From the NCBI GenBank assembly GCA_020723925.1, contig DYHX01000003.1, positions 1-52,584 on the forward strand: 52,584 nt of DNA, in the 5' to 3' direction. The position numbers and the translations under genes were made by a program. Below the pieces are notes generated by a model, which was given only the letters and a program-made list of their open reading frames with translations, was not told the origin of the DNA and ran no database searches. Source of the DNA: Nitrospira japonica (GTDB lineage: Bacteria > Nitrospirota > Thermodesulfovibrionia > Thermodesulfovibrionales > DYHX01). This document shows, piece after piece, positions 36,181 through 45,774 of this stretch; the stretch's first letter is position 1, and every line of letters starts with the position of its first letter.

Positions 36181-37575
36181 TTATTTTTTAGGAGCAGTCT
36201 CTTTTACAGGTGGTACAGGTGGTATGCGCTTTCCTAAACCGACTGATTCCCTCTTTTTATTCCTTACAGCATCTATTGCCATCTGTAAATCTTCAGGGCT
36301 GTCCTTTTCGTGATAGTGGCATCCGTTGCAGGAGTTGGGTTGCTTTGCAAGTCCACCATATTTAAGTGTTTCAGCAGGACTTACGAACTTAAACCTGTGG
36401 CTGCTTATATCAAACTCAGCCTCACCCCTCTTAACAGCCGTCTGGGATGTCTTTGGCATGTGGCATCCCCTGCAGTCATTATTGCCGTGTATGCTATGTG
36501 TTATATCACTATCTATCTTATGGCAATTTAAGCATAATTCATTGGCAGGTGCCTTTAATGACCCCTTGCTCAGCGCTCCTTTCTGATGGACTGCATGACA
36601 GTCCCAGCAATTTACACCTGAAAGTGCATGTTTGCTCTTTGCCCAGTCTACATACTGCTGGCGATGCATCTTTGGACTGCCGTCAGGCCATTCAGCGGGC
36701 TTTTCATTGTAATAGTTTCTCAATACAAGACCTGGCAAATACCCTGCTGGTCCAGCAGGGTATTCATAAAATTCTGGACCATGAAGAGAATCTGTCTTTT
36801 TCACAGATACACCTCTGTCATGGCACTGACCGCATATCTGCGCAGCCCTCTTTGCATCGTGTATCTTTGCAGGATTAACTATGGTTGTAAATTTCTTGTT
36901 CATCGGTGCAATGACATGCTCACTGCCTGCTCCATGGCATGACTCACAACCTATACCTCTTTCTACAACAGTTGTATTGAACCTGTCCTTTTTAGCATCA
37001 TAGTTAATCTGTAGTCCTGTCACATGGCATGTGCCGCATTGATATTGCCATGTGCGGTTTTTGTCACTCCAGTATTTGCCGTCTCCGGGCTTCTGTTTTG
37101 CAAGACCATGATAATCCGTCCATTTCTTTGTCTCCACATTCCACTGAACCGGTAAGATATGGAGTGCGCCGTTTGGGAATTCTATTAAGTATCTCTGCTT
37201 CCATGCACCACCAATTACATACTTGATTTCATAAGTTCCTTCTTTACCCTCAGGACCTATAGTTGTGACATAGTATTTCCCATCCTTTGTGAACATCTTT
37301 GCTGTATAACCGCCTGCCGTAAATGTGTTGTCCTTTATAAAATCTCCGACTACAGTATTTTTATTTGCTGGCCTTTCCTGATAAGGATGCAGTGTTGAAA
37401 GCCATGACTCATACTGGTCTTCATGACAGCCCGCACACACCTTTGAACCAACATATTTTGATTTGGATATGGCTGCAATCCTTTCATCAGTGTAATCAGC
37501 AAAAAGACCTGTCACTAATAATGACAGGAATGCTGTCGAAATGATAAGAGCGATTATGAGATATATCTTTTTCAT
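36181..37575 (-). CDS. Periplasmic octaheme cytochrome c (paralog 2)
   Basis: Signal peptide; 8 CxxCH: CAGCH, CGTCH, CESCH, CGQCH, CWDCH, CLNCH, CRGCH, CNGCH. Confidence 0.92.
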   Translation of the reverse strand: MKKIYLIIALIISTAFLSLLVTGLFADYTDERIAAISKSKYVGSKVCAGCHEDQYESWLSTLHPYQERPANKNTVVGDFIKDNTFTAGGYTAKMFTKDGKYYVTTIGPEGKEGTYEIKYVIGGAWKQRYLIEFPNGALHILPVQWNVETKKWTDYHGLAKQKPGDGKYWSDKNRTWQYQCGTCHVTGLQINYDAKKDRFNTTVVERGIGCESCHGAGSEHVIAPMNKKFTTIVNPAKIHDAKRAAQICGQCHDRGVSVKKTDSLHGPEFYEYPAGPAGYLPGLVLRNYYNEKPAEWPDGSPKMHRQQYVDWAKSKHALSGVNCWDCHAVHQKGALSKGSLKAPANELCLNCHKIDSDITHSIHGNNDCRGCHMPKTSQTAVKRGEAEFDISSHRFKFVSPAETLKYGGLAKQPNSCNGCHYHEKDSPEDLQMAIDAVRNKKRESVGLGKRIPPVPPVKETAPKK

Positions 37576-38805
37576 TTACTTTGCCTCCTTCCGAGCGGTA
37601 ACAGGTTTTGGTGTGCCTGCCTGTTTTACCGAAGACCATGCACCCATAAGCTCAGCGAGAGGCGTATCTTTATGGTGATGGCATCCGCTGCACGAATTTG
37701 GCTGGTTTTTGACCCCATCGTGCTTAAAGCTTTCATCAGGACCCACAAACTTGAAGCTGTGGCTTCTTTCTTCTCCTGCATACATGCCTTCTTTTACAGT
37801 TTTAGGCATATGGCAGGCTATGCAGCTACCAAAAGTATGTATTGTATGAGACGCTTTTGCCTCAAGCTGAAGCGGCTTATGACAGCTTTTACATAGCTCA
37901 TCCCCCGCCTGCTTGGTCTGAAATAGCGTTTCTTTTTCATGGACACTGTGGCAGGTAAAACATGCTACGCCTGCTTTTGCATGCTCGCTCCTTTCCCAGT
38001 CTATGTATTGTTGATGGTGGAGTTTTGAATCCTTGCTCGGCCAGAATTTATCAGGATTCTTTTCAGGGGATACTGTTTTAAAAAAGAGCCTCAGATTTGC
38101 CCCTGGGGTTACCCTGTAATTTACAGGATAGGCATATTCCCCGCTCTTGTCCGTACCAGAGTTGTGGCATGAGCCGCATATATCAGCGGCAGCCCTTGGT
38201 GTAAGCTTTGCAGGGTTTATAATGGTGAATATCTCATAGCCGAGGACAGCTTTTACATGGTTGCTGCCAGGTCCGTGGCATGACTCACATCCTATGCCTG
38301 CCTCTTTGAATGTCTTTTTTGCAGGGTCTACACCAGTAGCATGGCAGCCTCCACATTCCTTAAACCATGGCCTTTCCTTCCACCTCTTGTCTTCAGGTGT
38401 TTCCTCCCACTTCCCTGCTTCTACATTAAACTGAGCAGGAAGTATGAAATACTCATCCCCGACCTTTGTAAGATACCTCTGCCTCCACTGACTTCCGATG
38501 GTATAAAGGATATCCTCTTTCTTAAATGTCTTTGGTGCAGTCGGGGCATCAAAATCACCGAGTACAGCTGCTGGGTCTTTTTTGACATCCACCATCATCT
38601 TTGCGTGAAGGGTCCCCTTCCAGTTGGAATATAACCTCTCATGACATTTTCTGCACTCATCCGAGCCTACGAATGTAGCATTCACCATGTCCTTAAATTC
38701 TCCTTTTGGCGCCTCTCTCTTTTTGACTACTATGATTGTTGTAACAACCACTATAGAGAGAGTCAGGAGAAAGATGATGCCGATAATCCATGGTAATTTC
38801 TTCAT
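37576..38805 (-). CDS. Membrane-anchored octaheme cytochrome c (paralog 1)
   Basis: Long N-terminal hydrophobic helix; 8 CxxCH: CRKCH, CGGCH, CESCH, CGSCH, CFTCH, CKSCH, CIACH, CSGCH; AGGAG RBS. Confidence 0.92.
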   Translation of the reverse strand: MKKLPWIIGIIFLLTLSIVVVTTIIVVKKREAPKGEFKDMVNATFVGSDECRKCHERLYSNWKGTLHAKMMVDVKKDPAAVLGDFDAPTAPKTFKKEDILYTIGSQWRQRYLTKVGDEYFILPAQFNVEAGKWEETPEDKRWKERPWFKECGGCHATGVDPAKKTFKEAGIGCESCHGPGSNHVKAVLGYEIFTIINPAKLTPRAAADICGSCHNSGTDKSGEYAYPVNYRVTPGANLRLFFKTVSPEKNPDKFWPSKDSKLHHQQYIDWERSEHAKAGVACFTCHSVHEKETLFQTKQAGDELCKSCHKPLQLEAKASHTIHTFGSCIACHMPKTVKEGMYAGEERSHSFKFVGPDESFKHDGVKNQPNSCSGCHHHKDTPLAELMGAWSSVKQAGTPKPVTARKEAK

Positions 38806-39100
38806 CCTACCACTCCTTTCTGCCCTGAGCTGGCAATGTTTTTAATAATTAAATTTGAGGTGTTAATAGATTTAGCCTTCAGGATTTGTTTCAATTTTCA
38901 CTCCTCAGGAGGAATATGGTCAATAGAAAAGTTATTCACTAATCTGGGATTTTTGTGAAGAAAAATTCACGGCAGCTCTGTAAAGATTATCTGGGTATAG
39001 ATGAGGACAAAGATTACAGTGTTCAAGATAACCACTTCATGATTTTGTGCCAATAGAGAGATGTCCAATATGTATGAATCTATCTTTAAGAAGCATATCG

Positions 39101-39832
39101 TCAGACTATTCTAATCGTTAAGAGCACTCCGATTATTATCACCATAGTTGCAACATAGAGTTTGAAGGCTTTCAGTGATAGCTTATTTAACAGGTTTTTC
39201 CCCGCAAATGTCCCTGCAAATGCTGATAGGGTTGTAATAAGCAAGAGCAGTTCACTGGTAGCAAGTGCCTCTCTGTTGTTAAATATATAAACAGGGATTC
39301 TTGTAATATCAACAATGGATGCAATAATAGCTGCTGTGGCGACAAATGTCTCTTTTGAAATATCGTAGTTGAGCAGATATGCACTGCGGATTGCTCCCTG
39401 ATTGCCCACAAATCCACCGAGAAGTCCTGATAGAAAGCCGCCTATGAAATCTATTCTTTTCGGTAGTTTAAATTTTTCGCCTCCCCCTGTTGCCTCTTTT
39501 AAACCGAGAAATATTAAAGATAAACCAAGCAAAATCTTTACAACTGATGAATCCATTTTGCCCTGAAAGAATGCGCCTATAAAAGCGCCCATTAGTGTTA
39601 ATACCCCAAACCGTTTTAAAATATCCAGACTCACATGCCTGCTGAAAAGGGATAGTTTTAAAAGATTATTCGCCAGATGTACAACTGCTACTATCAGGAT
39701 GGCAATCTTGACATCATAGAATATGAGAAATACTGGCGTTAAAATCGTGCCCAGCCCGAACCCTGTCATGAGAGTTAAGGCAGCAGCCATGAATGCCATG
39801 AGAACAGGAATTAAGATGTTTATTTCAATCAT
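39101..39832 (-). CDS. TauE/SafE (TSUP) family permease
   Basis: TGFGLG..LTP, internal repeat SGLLGGFVGNQGAIRS, FVAT; about 8 TM helices. Confidence 0.85.
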   Translation of the reverse strand: MIEINILIPVLMAFMAAALTLMTGFGLGTILTPVFLIFYDVKIAILIVAVVHLANNLLKLSLFSRHVSLDILKRFGVLTLMGAFIGAFFQGKMDSSVVKILLGLSLIFLGLKEATGGGEKFKLPKRIDFIGGFLSGLLGGFVGNQGAIRSAYLLNYDISKETFVATAAIIASIVDITRIPVYIFNNREALATSELLLLITTLSAFAGTFAGKNLLNKLSLKAFKLYVATMVIIIGVLLTIRIV

Positions 39833-40124
39833 GCATTACCTCGTCTATGAGCTCATTTATCTTTTCTTTAATCTGTGACAGTGTCCTTATGCCCTTTGTC
39901 GTTGTTCTGTAATACTTTCTTATTTTTCCACCAACATTTTCTGAATACGACCTCAAGAACTTTTCCTCTTCAAGTTTGTGAAGGACAGGATAAAGCGTTC
40001 CAGGACTCAGCTTATATCCATGTCTGCCAAGCTCCTCAATAAGCCACAAACCATACACAGGCTCTTTAGATGCATGGTGTAGGATATGAATTCTTATAAA
40101 ACCTAAAAAGAAATCTCTAAGCAT
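39825..40124 (-). CDS. PadR-family transcriptional regulator
   Basis: ILHH..PVYG..SPGTLYPVLHKLE..RKYYRTT.KG winged HTH. Confidence 0.93.
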   Translation of the reverse strand: MLRDFFLGFIRIHILHHASKEPVYGLWLIEELGRHGYKLSPGTLYPVLHKLEEEKFLRSYSENVGGKIRKYYRTTTKGIRTLSQIKEKINELIDEVMHD

Positions 40125-40202
40125 ATATCTAAATCCGATAACGGAATACGATATAAATTAAATAATAAAATATCTCCTTGTCAAGCATGCGGGTTGAGAT
40201 AA

Positions 40203-40853
40203 TTATGTTGAAAGGTGATTCTCTAAAATCTTAAGGCAGTCAAGGGTCTTTTCGCCTTCTTTTGTGATCACATATGACTTCTCTTTATCCTGTTCTATAA
40301 GCCCTGCCTCTTTAAGCATCCTCAGATGAAAAACCACCTTTGTATGGTCTTCTATGCCGAGTTCTCTCGTGATTTCCATAAAACGCATACTTGTTCTTGA
40401 GCAGAGCAATCTTATAATCTTTCTTCTTATGGGATTGGATAAAGAGCTCAGGGTATAGTCGAGGTCTAACTTCTTTATGCCTTCTTCAAACTTTGACTCT
40501 TCAATCGCCCGCCTTATTGTTGTAAGGAGCTCCTCTATCTTAAAGGGTTTGGATATATAGTCGCTTGCCCCCTTTTTTATAGCATCTACTGCGTTTTCGA
40601 CTGTTGCAAAGGCCGTAATCATAATTACTCTTGTTTTTGGTCTAACCCTTCTAAGCTCTGCAAGGGCATCAATACCGCTCATCCTTGGCATCATTAAATC
40701 AAGGAGGGCGATATCGTAGTCTTCAGAGGCAGCCTTCTCTATCGCCTCCTTACCAGAGGCTGCTTCATCTGTATGGTATCCTGCCCCTTTCAGTATCTCA
40801 GAGAGGTTTGCCCTTAGTTCCGCATCATCATCTACTATGAGAATCTTTTTCAT
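40203..40853 (-). CDS. Response regulator: REC fused to an ArsR-like winged-helix domain
   Basis: KILIVDDD, LLDLMMP, ITAF, YISKPF; C-terminal LSNPIRRKII..FHLRMLKEAGLI..YVITKEG. Confidence 0.88.
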   Translation of the reverse strand: MKKILIVDDDAELRANLSEILKGAGYHTDEAASGKEAIEKAASEDYDIALLDLMMPRMSGIDALAELRRVRPKTRVIMITAFATVENAVDAIKKGASDYISKPFKIEELLTTIRRAIEESKFEEGIKKLDLDYTLSSLSNPIRRKIIRLLCSRTSMRFMEITRELGIEDHTKVVFHLRMLKEAGLIEQDKEKSYVITKEGEKTLDCLKILENHLST

Positions 40854-42282
40854 TTTTCTCAATTGACGGAAGTTTAACGGTTACTGTTGTTCCTTTTCCA
40901 ACAGTGCTGGATATTTCTGTAGTGCCACTATGTTGATTGATTATGCCATAGCAGATTGAAAGACCAAGTCCTGTTCCTGCACCAACCTCTTTTGTTGTAA
41001 AGAATGGGTCAAATACCTTTGATAAGTTTTCTTCAGAAATCCCGACCCCTGTATCAGATATTTCTACCTTAATCTGTCCATTGCTATGTGAGGTAGAAAT
41101 GAAAATATTTCCCCCATCAGGCATTGCCTCGACAGAGTTGTTCAGGATGTTTATAAAGACCTGCTGCAGTTTCCCTGGGTCCCCCATTGCAGCAGGGACA
41201 TCTGATAGTTTTTGATGGATTGTTACATCATTGAGTTTGTATCTCAAGAGTGTGAGGGTGCTGGTTATTACATTATTGATATCTAAAGGGATGAATTCGG
41301 ATTCTCTCTGGCGGGAAAACTGCAATAGCTCCTTTGCAATAGTAGATGCCCTGTCTACATTCCTTTCAACCGCTTCAAGTTTTTGTAAAATGTCTTTGTC
41401 TGTGATGTTGTTTTTAAGTCTGTTCTTCAGAATCTGCATATTCAAAGATACATTTGTTAGGGGGTTGTTTATCTCATGAGCAATGCCAGTTGCAAGCTGT
41501 CCGAGAGAAGCCAATTTCTCAGACTGTGCAAGACGTTTTAGTTGTTGTTCTATCTTTTTCCTTGTTTCTATATCAAAAATATTAAGTGCCTTTATGATAA
41601 AGCAGGCGATCAAGACAGCTGATATGCCACGCAGCACCTCTACTGGGATTGGGAGATAAGGTAACATTGAGTGGGAAGGAACCATTCCTGCAAAGATGCT
41701 ATAAAATACAAAGGTGATACCAGCGTAAAAGAGATTTTTTGAAACAGAAAGGCTTAAGTTCTTTACCTCATGGGAGTATGTCACCAACCCATAAGCAGTT
41801 ACAAGCCCGCCAACAAGACCAAAGGTATTCCTTGCCAGGATGTCTGCTTTTTTAAAGAACTGGATATCCATACTGAATCCATGATTCCATAGATATATAA
41901 TCCAGAAGAGAAAAAGAATTGCAGGAATTCCCTTTAACCACTTCATGCGATTATTATCGATAGAGCGTATAAGTGCCAGGCCAAACTGTAAAAGGAAGAA
42001 AAAGGAGAGAACAACAACAAATACTGTTATTAACTTTATAAAGAATATTTCACGAGGTGATATATATTGCCCCTGTAAAAGCATGTAGAGTTCAAGCCAT
42101 TCGTGGGCTCCGTGTGCAAATCCAAACCCGGCCAAAAGATAGAGGCTGCCTGCAAGTTTCAACTCGCTTCCACTTATATCCTTAACCGCAATAGAGACAC
42201 CGAGAAAAAGGAATGCGAGACCATAAAAGAAATAAAGCAGACAGACCGGAGGGATATTTGTAAATAGGTTAAGTTCAGACAT
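40828..42282 (-). CDS. Membrane sensor histidine kinase with a multi-pass (about 7 TM) input domain
   Basis: Hydrophobic N-terminal 240 aa containing HGAHEW; H-box GIAHEINNPL, NILNNS, DTGVG, FDPFFTTK, GTGLGL. Confidence 0.92.
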   Translation of the reverse strand: MSELNLFTNIPPVCLLYFFYGLAFLFLGVSIAVKDISGSELKLAGSLYLLAGFGFAHGAHEWLELYMLLQGQYISPREIFFIKLITVFVVVLSFFFLLQFGLALIRSIDNNRMKWLKGIPAILFLFWIIYLWNHGFSMDIQFFKKADILARNTFGLVGGLVTAYGLVTYSHEVKNLSLSVSKNLFYAGITFVFYSIFAGMVPSHSMLPYLPIPVEVLRGISAVLIACFIIKALNIFDIETRKKIEQQLKRLAQSEKLASLGQLATGIAHEINNPLTNVSLNMQILKNRLKNNITDKDILQKLEAVERNVDRASTIAKELLQFSRQRESEFIPLDINNVITSTLTLLRYKLNDVTIHQKLSDVPAAMGDPGKLQQVFINILNNSVEAMPDGGNIFISTSHSNGQIKVEISDTGVGISEENLSKVFDPFFTTKEVGAGTGLGLSICYGIINQHSGTTEISSTVGKGTTVTVKLPSIEKNEKDSHSR

Positions 42283-42524
42283 AATAAATGTCTTTCATCC
42301 GTTTTATAAAATTATAGCACAAAGACAGAATACAGGGAAGGATAGTAGATTGACCGATGACTAAGTATACCATTAAACCTTATAATCTGTTTCATCACCC
42401 ATATTCGGCAATGTCCCATCTTCCCCTTGTCAATCCTCACTTAGCACAGATATAATAGTGGCGTTCGCAAGTTTTTTTGTTGCGAATAAGGGCTTTTTAC
42501 TGAATAATTGCAAGAGGAGGATAG

Positions 42525-43793
42525 ATGACGATTACCGAAAAGATACTTGCAGCCCATGCTGATAAGAAAGAGGTTTCGCCAGGAGAGTTGATAAATGCGA
42601 AAGTAGACCTTGTGCTTGCCAATGACATAACCGCGCCAATCGCTATTCAGGAATTCAAAAAGATTGGTGCAAAGGGTGTCTTTGATAAAGACAGAGTTGC
42701 CTTTATCCCTGATCACTTTGCACCACAGAAGGACATAAAGGCGGCCGAGCAGTGCAAGATGCTGAGGGAGTTTTCAAGGGAGTACCATCTTAGTTTATAT
42801 TTTGAGGTTGGAAGAATGGGTATTGAACATGCACTGCTTCCTGAAGAGGGGCTTGTTGTGCCGGGGGATTTGATCATAGGTGCGGACAGTCATACATGCA
42901 CTTACGGTGCCCTCGGAGCATTCTCAACAGGCGTTGGCTCAACAGATGTCGCCTCTGCAATGGCAACAGGTGAGTGCTGGTTCAAGGTTCCTGAGTCAAT
43001 GAAATTTATATATTATGGAAAACTCAATAGATGGGTTGGTGGTAAAGACTTAATACTTCACACCATCGGAGACATTGGTGTTGATGGTGCCCTTTACAGA
43101 GCAATGGAATTTGAAGGGGAGACCATAAGAAACCTTCCCATGCATGCAAGGCTCACGATGTGTAACATGGCAGTAGAGGCAGGCGGAAAGAGTGGTATCA
43201 TTGTGCCTGATGAGATAACAGCGGCTTATGTAAAAAACAGGGCAAAAAGACCATACAAGTTCTATTCTTCAGATGAAGATTCAGATTATATAGAAATAAG
43301 ACAATATAACTGCTCAAAGATTCCCCTCACAGTTGCCTGTCCTCATCTTCCATCAAATACAAGGCCTGCCGTAGAGCTTTTTGAGGTGGCTATTGACCAG
43401 GTTGTAATAGGCTCTTGCACTAATGGAAGACTGGAGGATTTGAGGGAGGCTGCAGAGGTTATAAAAGGGAGGAAGGTAAATTCTAATGTGAGGTTGATAG
43501 TGATTCCTGCAACACAGAGGATTTACAAGCAGGCAATGAAAGAAGGGCTCCTTGATATATTCATAGATGCTGAGGCAGTAGTCTCGACGCCTACATGCGG
43601 GCCATGCCTTGGCGGACATATGGGAATCCTCGCAAAGGGGGAAAGGGCGCTTGCAACAACGAACAGGAATTTTGTCGGCCGTATGGGACATCCAGAGAGC
43701 GAAGTCTATCTCTCCAACCCCGCAGTGGCAGCAGCATCAGCAGTTCTTGGGAGGATCGGGGTTCCTGAGGAATTAGGGTTGCAAAGAGAGTAA
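42525..43793 (+). CDS. leuC: 3-isopropylmalate dehydratase large subunit
   Basis: [52 protein letters not shown]. Confidence 0.92.
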   Translation: MTITEKILAAHADKKEVSPGELINAKVDLVLANDITAPIAIQEFKKIGAKGVFDKDRVAFIPDHFAPQKDIKAAEQCKMLREFSREYHLSLYFEVGRMGIEHALLPEEGLVVPGDLIIGADSHTCTYGALGAFSTGVGSTDVASAMATGECWFKVPESMKFIYYGKLNRWVGGKDLILHTIGDIGVDGALYRAMEFEGETIRNLPMHARLTMCNMAVEAGGKSGIIVPDEITAAYVKNRAKRPYKFYSSDEDSDYIEIRQYNCSKIPLTVACPHLPSNTRPAVELFEVAIDQVVIGSCTNGRLEDLREAAEVIKGRKVNSNVRLIVIPATQRIYKQAMKEGLLDIFIDAEAVVSTPTCGPCLGGHMGILAKGERALATTNRNFVGRMGHPESEVYLSNPAVAAASAVLGRIGVPEELGLQRE

Positions 43794-43806
43794 TGCGTTA
43801 TGCGTA

Positions 43807-44328
43807 ATGAGTAATAAAACCGTAATACCACCGGAAGATAAACTGAAAGAATTGGGTATTGAGCTTCCTGAGGCACCAAAGCCGCTGGGTTCTTATGTCC
43901 CATTTGTAAGGAGCGGGAACCTTGTCTTTCTCAGCGGGATGCTTCCGTTGAGAGGAGGAAAGCTCGTAAGGCAGGGCAGGGTAGGTGAGAATATTACTAT
44001 CGATGAAGCAAGGGAAGATGCAAGAGTAACAGCAATAAATGCATTGTCTGTCTTAAAATTAAACATAGGAAGTCTCAATAAGGTAACGAGATGTGTAAAG
44101 CTAACGGGCTATGTCGCCTCAGCCCCTGATTTTACAGAGCAGCCAAAGGTCCTTAATGCTGCCTCGGACCTGATGTTTGAGATTTTTGGAGAAGGAGGAA
44201 GGCATGCGAGGGCAGCAGTCGGCGTCTCTGTGCTCCCGCTCAATTCACCAATCGAAATAGAGTTCATATTTGAAATAGTTGCTTCTCATCTTCACTTCTT
44301 TACTCGCAACTCATTACTGTTTTATTGA
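43807..44328 (+). CDS. RidA/YjgF/YER057c family protein
   Basis: LGIELP..PLGSYVP, LSGMLP, NAASDL..IFG..GRHARAAVGV..LP. Confidence 0.9.
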   Translation: MSNKTVIPPEDKLKELGIELPEAPKPLGSYVPFVRSGNLVFLSGMLPLRGGKLVRQGRVGENITIDEAREDARVTAINALSVLKLNIGSLNKVTRCVKLTGYVASAPDFTEQPKVLNAASDLMFEIFGEGGRHARAAVGVSVLPLNSPIEIEFIFEIVASHLHFFTRNSLLFY

Positions 44329-44331
44329 CCT

Positions 44332-45639
44332 ATGGTAAAACCTGTTGTTGTAATAGTCGGAAGACCAAATGTTGGCAAATCAACCCTCTTTAACAGGATG
44401 GTTGGCTCTGCCACTGCTATAGTCGAGGATATCCCTGGCGTTACGCGAGACAGAAACTATATGGAGGCAGAGTGGAATGAAAAGGTTTTTATCGCTGTTG
44501 ACACAGGAGGATTTTATCCCGAGCCAGCAGAAGACATATTCCTCCAGGTCAAGGAGCAGGCGCTGTTTGCAATTGACGAGGCAGACCTTATAATCCATCT
44601 GCTTGATGGCAAGGAGGGGCTTAATCCATCAGATATCGAGCTTTCAAGGATCCTCAGGGCATCAGGCAAGAAGGTCATCTGGGCTGTTAACAAGATAGAC
44701 GGACCTAAAAGGGAAGACAGGCTATACGACTTCTATCCCCTTGGAGTTGATGAACTTATACCTGTCTCAGCGGCAACCGGATATAATTTTGATGAATTTA
44801 TGGACAGAATTATTGCCCTGCTTCCACCTGCTGTTAAAAAAGATGTTGATTATCCCAAGGTTGCTGTTGTTGGCAGGCCGAATGTTGGCAAGTCCACACT
44901 TGTGAATGCCCTCCTTGGAAAGAAGAGGATGATTGTCAGTCCAATTCCAGGCACAACAAGGGACTCTATTGACACAGTCTGCAGCTACTATGGCAAGAAG
45001 TATCTGTTTATAGATACAGCAGGTATAAGAAGAAAGGGTAAGGTAGGCTACTCTGTCGAGAGATTCTCGATGGTCAGGGCAATAAGGAGTATAGAACGCT
45101 GTGATGTAGCACTCATAGTGCTTGATGCATCTGAAGGCATAGTAGAACAGGATCAGAAGATTGCAGGCATTGTGGAAAGATATGGCAGGGGGGCGGTATT
45201 TTTGCTGAACAAGTGGGACCTGTTAGAAGACCCTGAGACTGAATACAAGAGGCTCATTCCAGAGCTGCAGCGAAAGATGTGGTTTATCAGCCATGCCCCT
45301 GTGATTACAACAGCAGGCATGGAAAGAAAGAGGATTACAAAGGTTTTTCCTGTAATCGATGAGGTAATCGCTGAGAGGAAGAAGAGGATAAGCACAGCAG
45401 AAATGAACAGATTTTTGAGAGAGGTTGTATCAAGTGCGCCAATGCCTTTATATAAGGGTAAGGCAGTAAAACTCTATTACATGACCCAGGTCAAGACAGA
45501 GCCACCAGGCTTTGCAATCTTCACTAATCATCCAGAAGGCTTGAAAGAGGCGCATATAAGATACATAGAGAAATGTCTGAGAGATAAATTTTCCTTCAAG
45601 GGTACACCCATAAGAATTTATAAGAAATTAAAAATGTAG
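44332..45639 (+). CDS. der: Ribosome biogenesis GTPase Der (EngA)
   Basis: Two GRPNVGKS P-loops, DTGG/DTAG, NKID/NKWD, KH-like C-terminus (GTPIR). Confidence 0.97.
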   Translation: MVKPVVVIVGRPNVGKSTLFNRMVGSATAIVEDIPGVTRDRNYMEAEWNEKVFIAVDTGGFYPEPAEDIFLQVKEQALFAIDEADLIIHLLDGKEGLNPSDIELSRILRASGKKVIWAVNKIDGPKREDRLYDFYPLGVDELIPVSAATGYNFDEFMDRIIALLPPAVKKDVDYPKVAVVGRPNVGKSTLVNALLGKKRMIVSPIPGTTRDSIDTVCSYYGKKYLFIDTAGIRRKGKVGYSVERFSMVRAIRSIERCDVALIVLDASEGIVEQDQKIAGIVERYGRGAVFLLNKWDLLEDPETEYKRLIPELQRKMWFISHAPVITTAGMERKRITKVFPVIDEVIAERKKRISTAEMNRFLREVVSSAPMPLYKGKAVKLYYMTQVKTEPPGFAIFTNHPEGLKEAHIRYIEKCLRDKFSFKGTPIRIYKKLKM

Positions 45640-45760
45640 ATGCAAAGTGCAAGATGCAATATGTGCAAGTGTATGTATATGAAAGCTTCTTGCATACACT
45701 TACACATTCACCCCCACACCTATGCATAGGTTGTGGGTGTAAACCCGTGGTGTGGGGGTT
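45640..45760. repeat. Degenerate TGCAA-type tandem/inverted repeat and CCCCCACACC/GGTGTGGGGG hairpin
   Basis: ATGCAAA-GTGCAAG-ATGCAAT...TTGCATACACTTACAC; ACCCCCACACC (45710-45720) inverted to GGTGTGGGGGT (45749-45759). Confidence 0.6.
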
Positions 45761-45774
45761 CACATTCGAGAGAG

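Noticed and set aside
34753-38805. nrfA, hao or mccA assignment for the cytochromes
   Set aside because: No CxxCK or CX15CH motif seen and no recognisable HAO features; left unnamed.
39035-39052. Sigma54 promoter (TGGCAC on the minus strand) for the cytochrome operon
   Set aside because: No TTGC at the required spacing and no sigma54 activator nearby.
42300-42524. Leucine attenuator or T-box before leuC
   Set aside because: No Leu-rich leader peptide or T-box sequence found; only a short weak hairpin.
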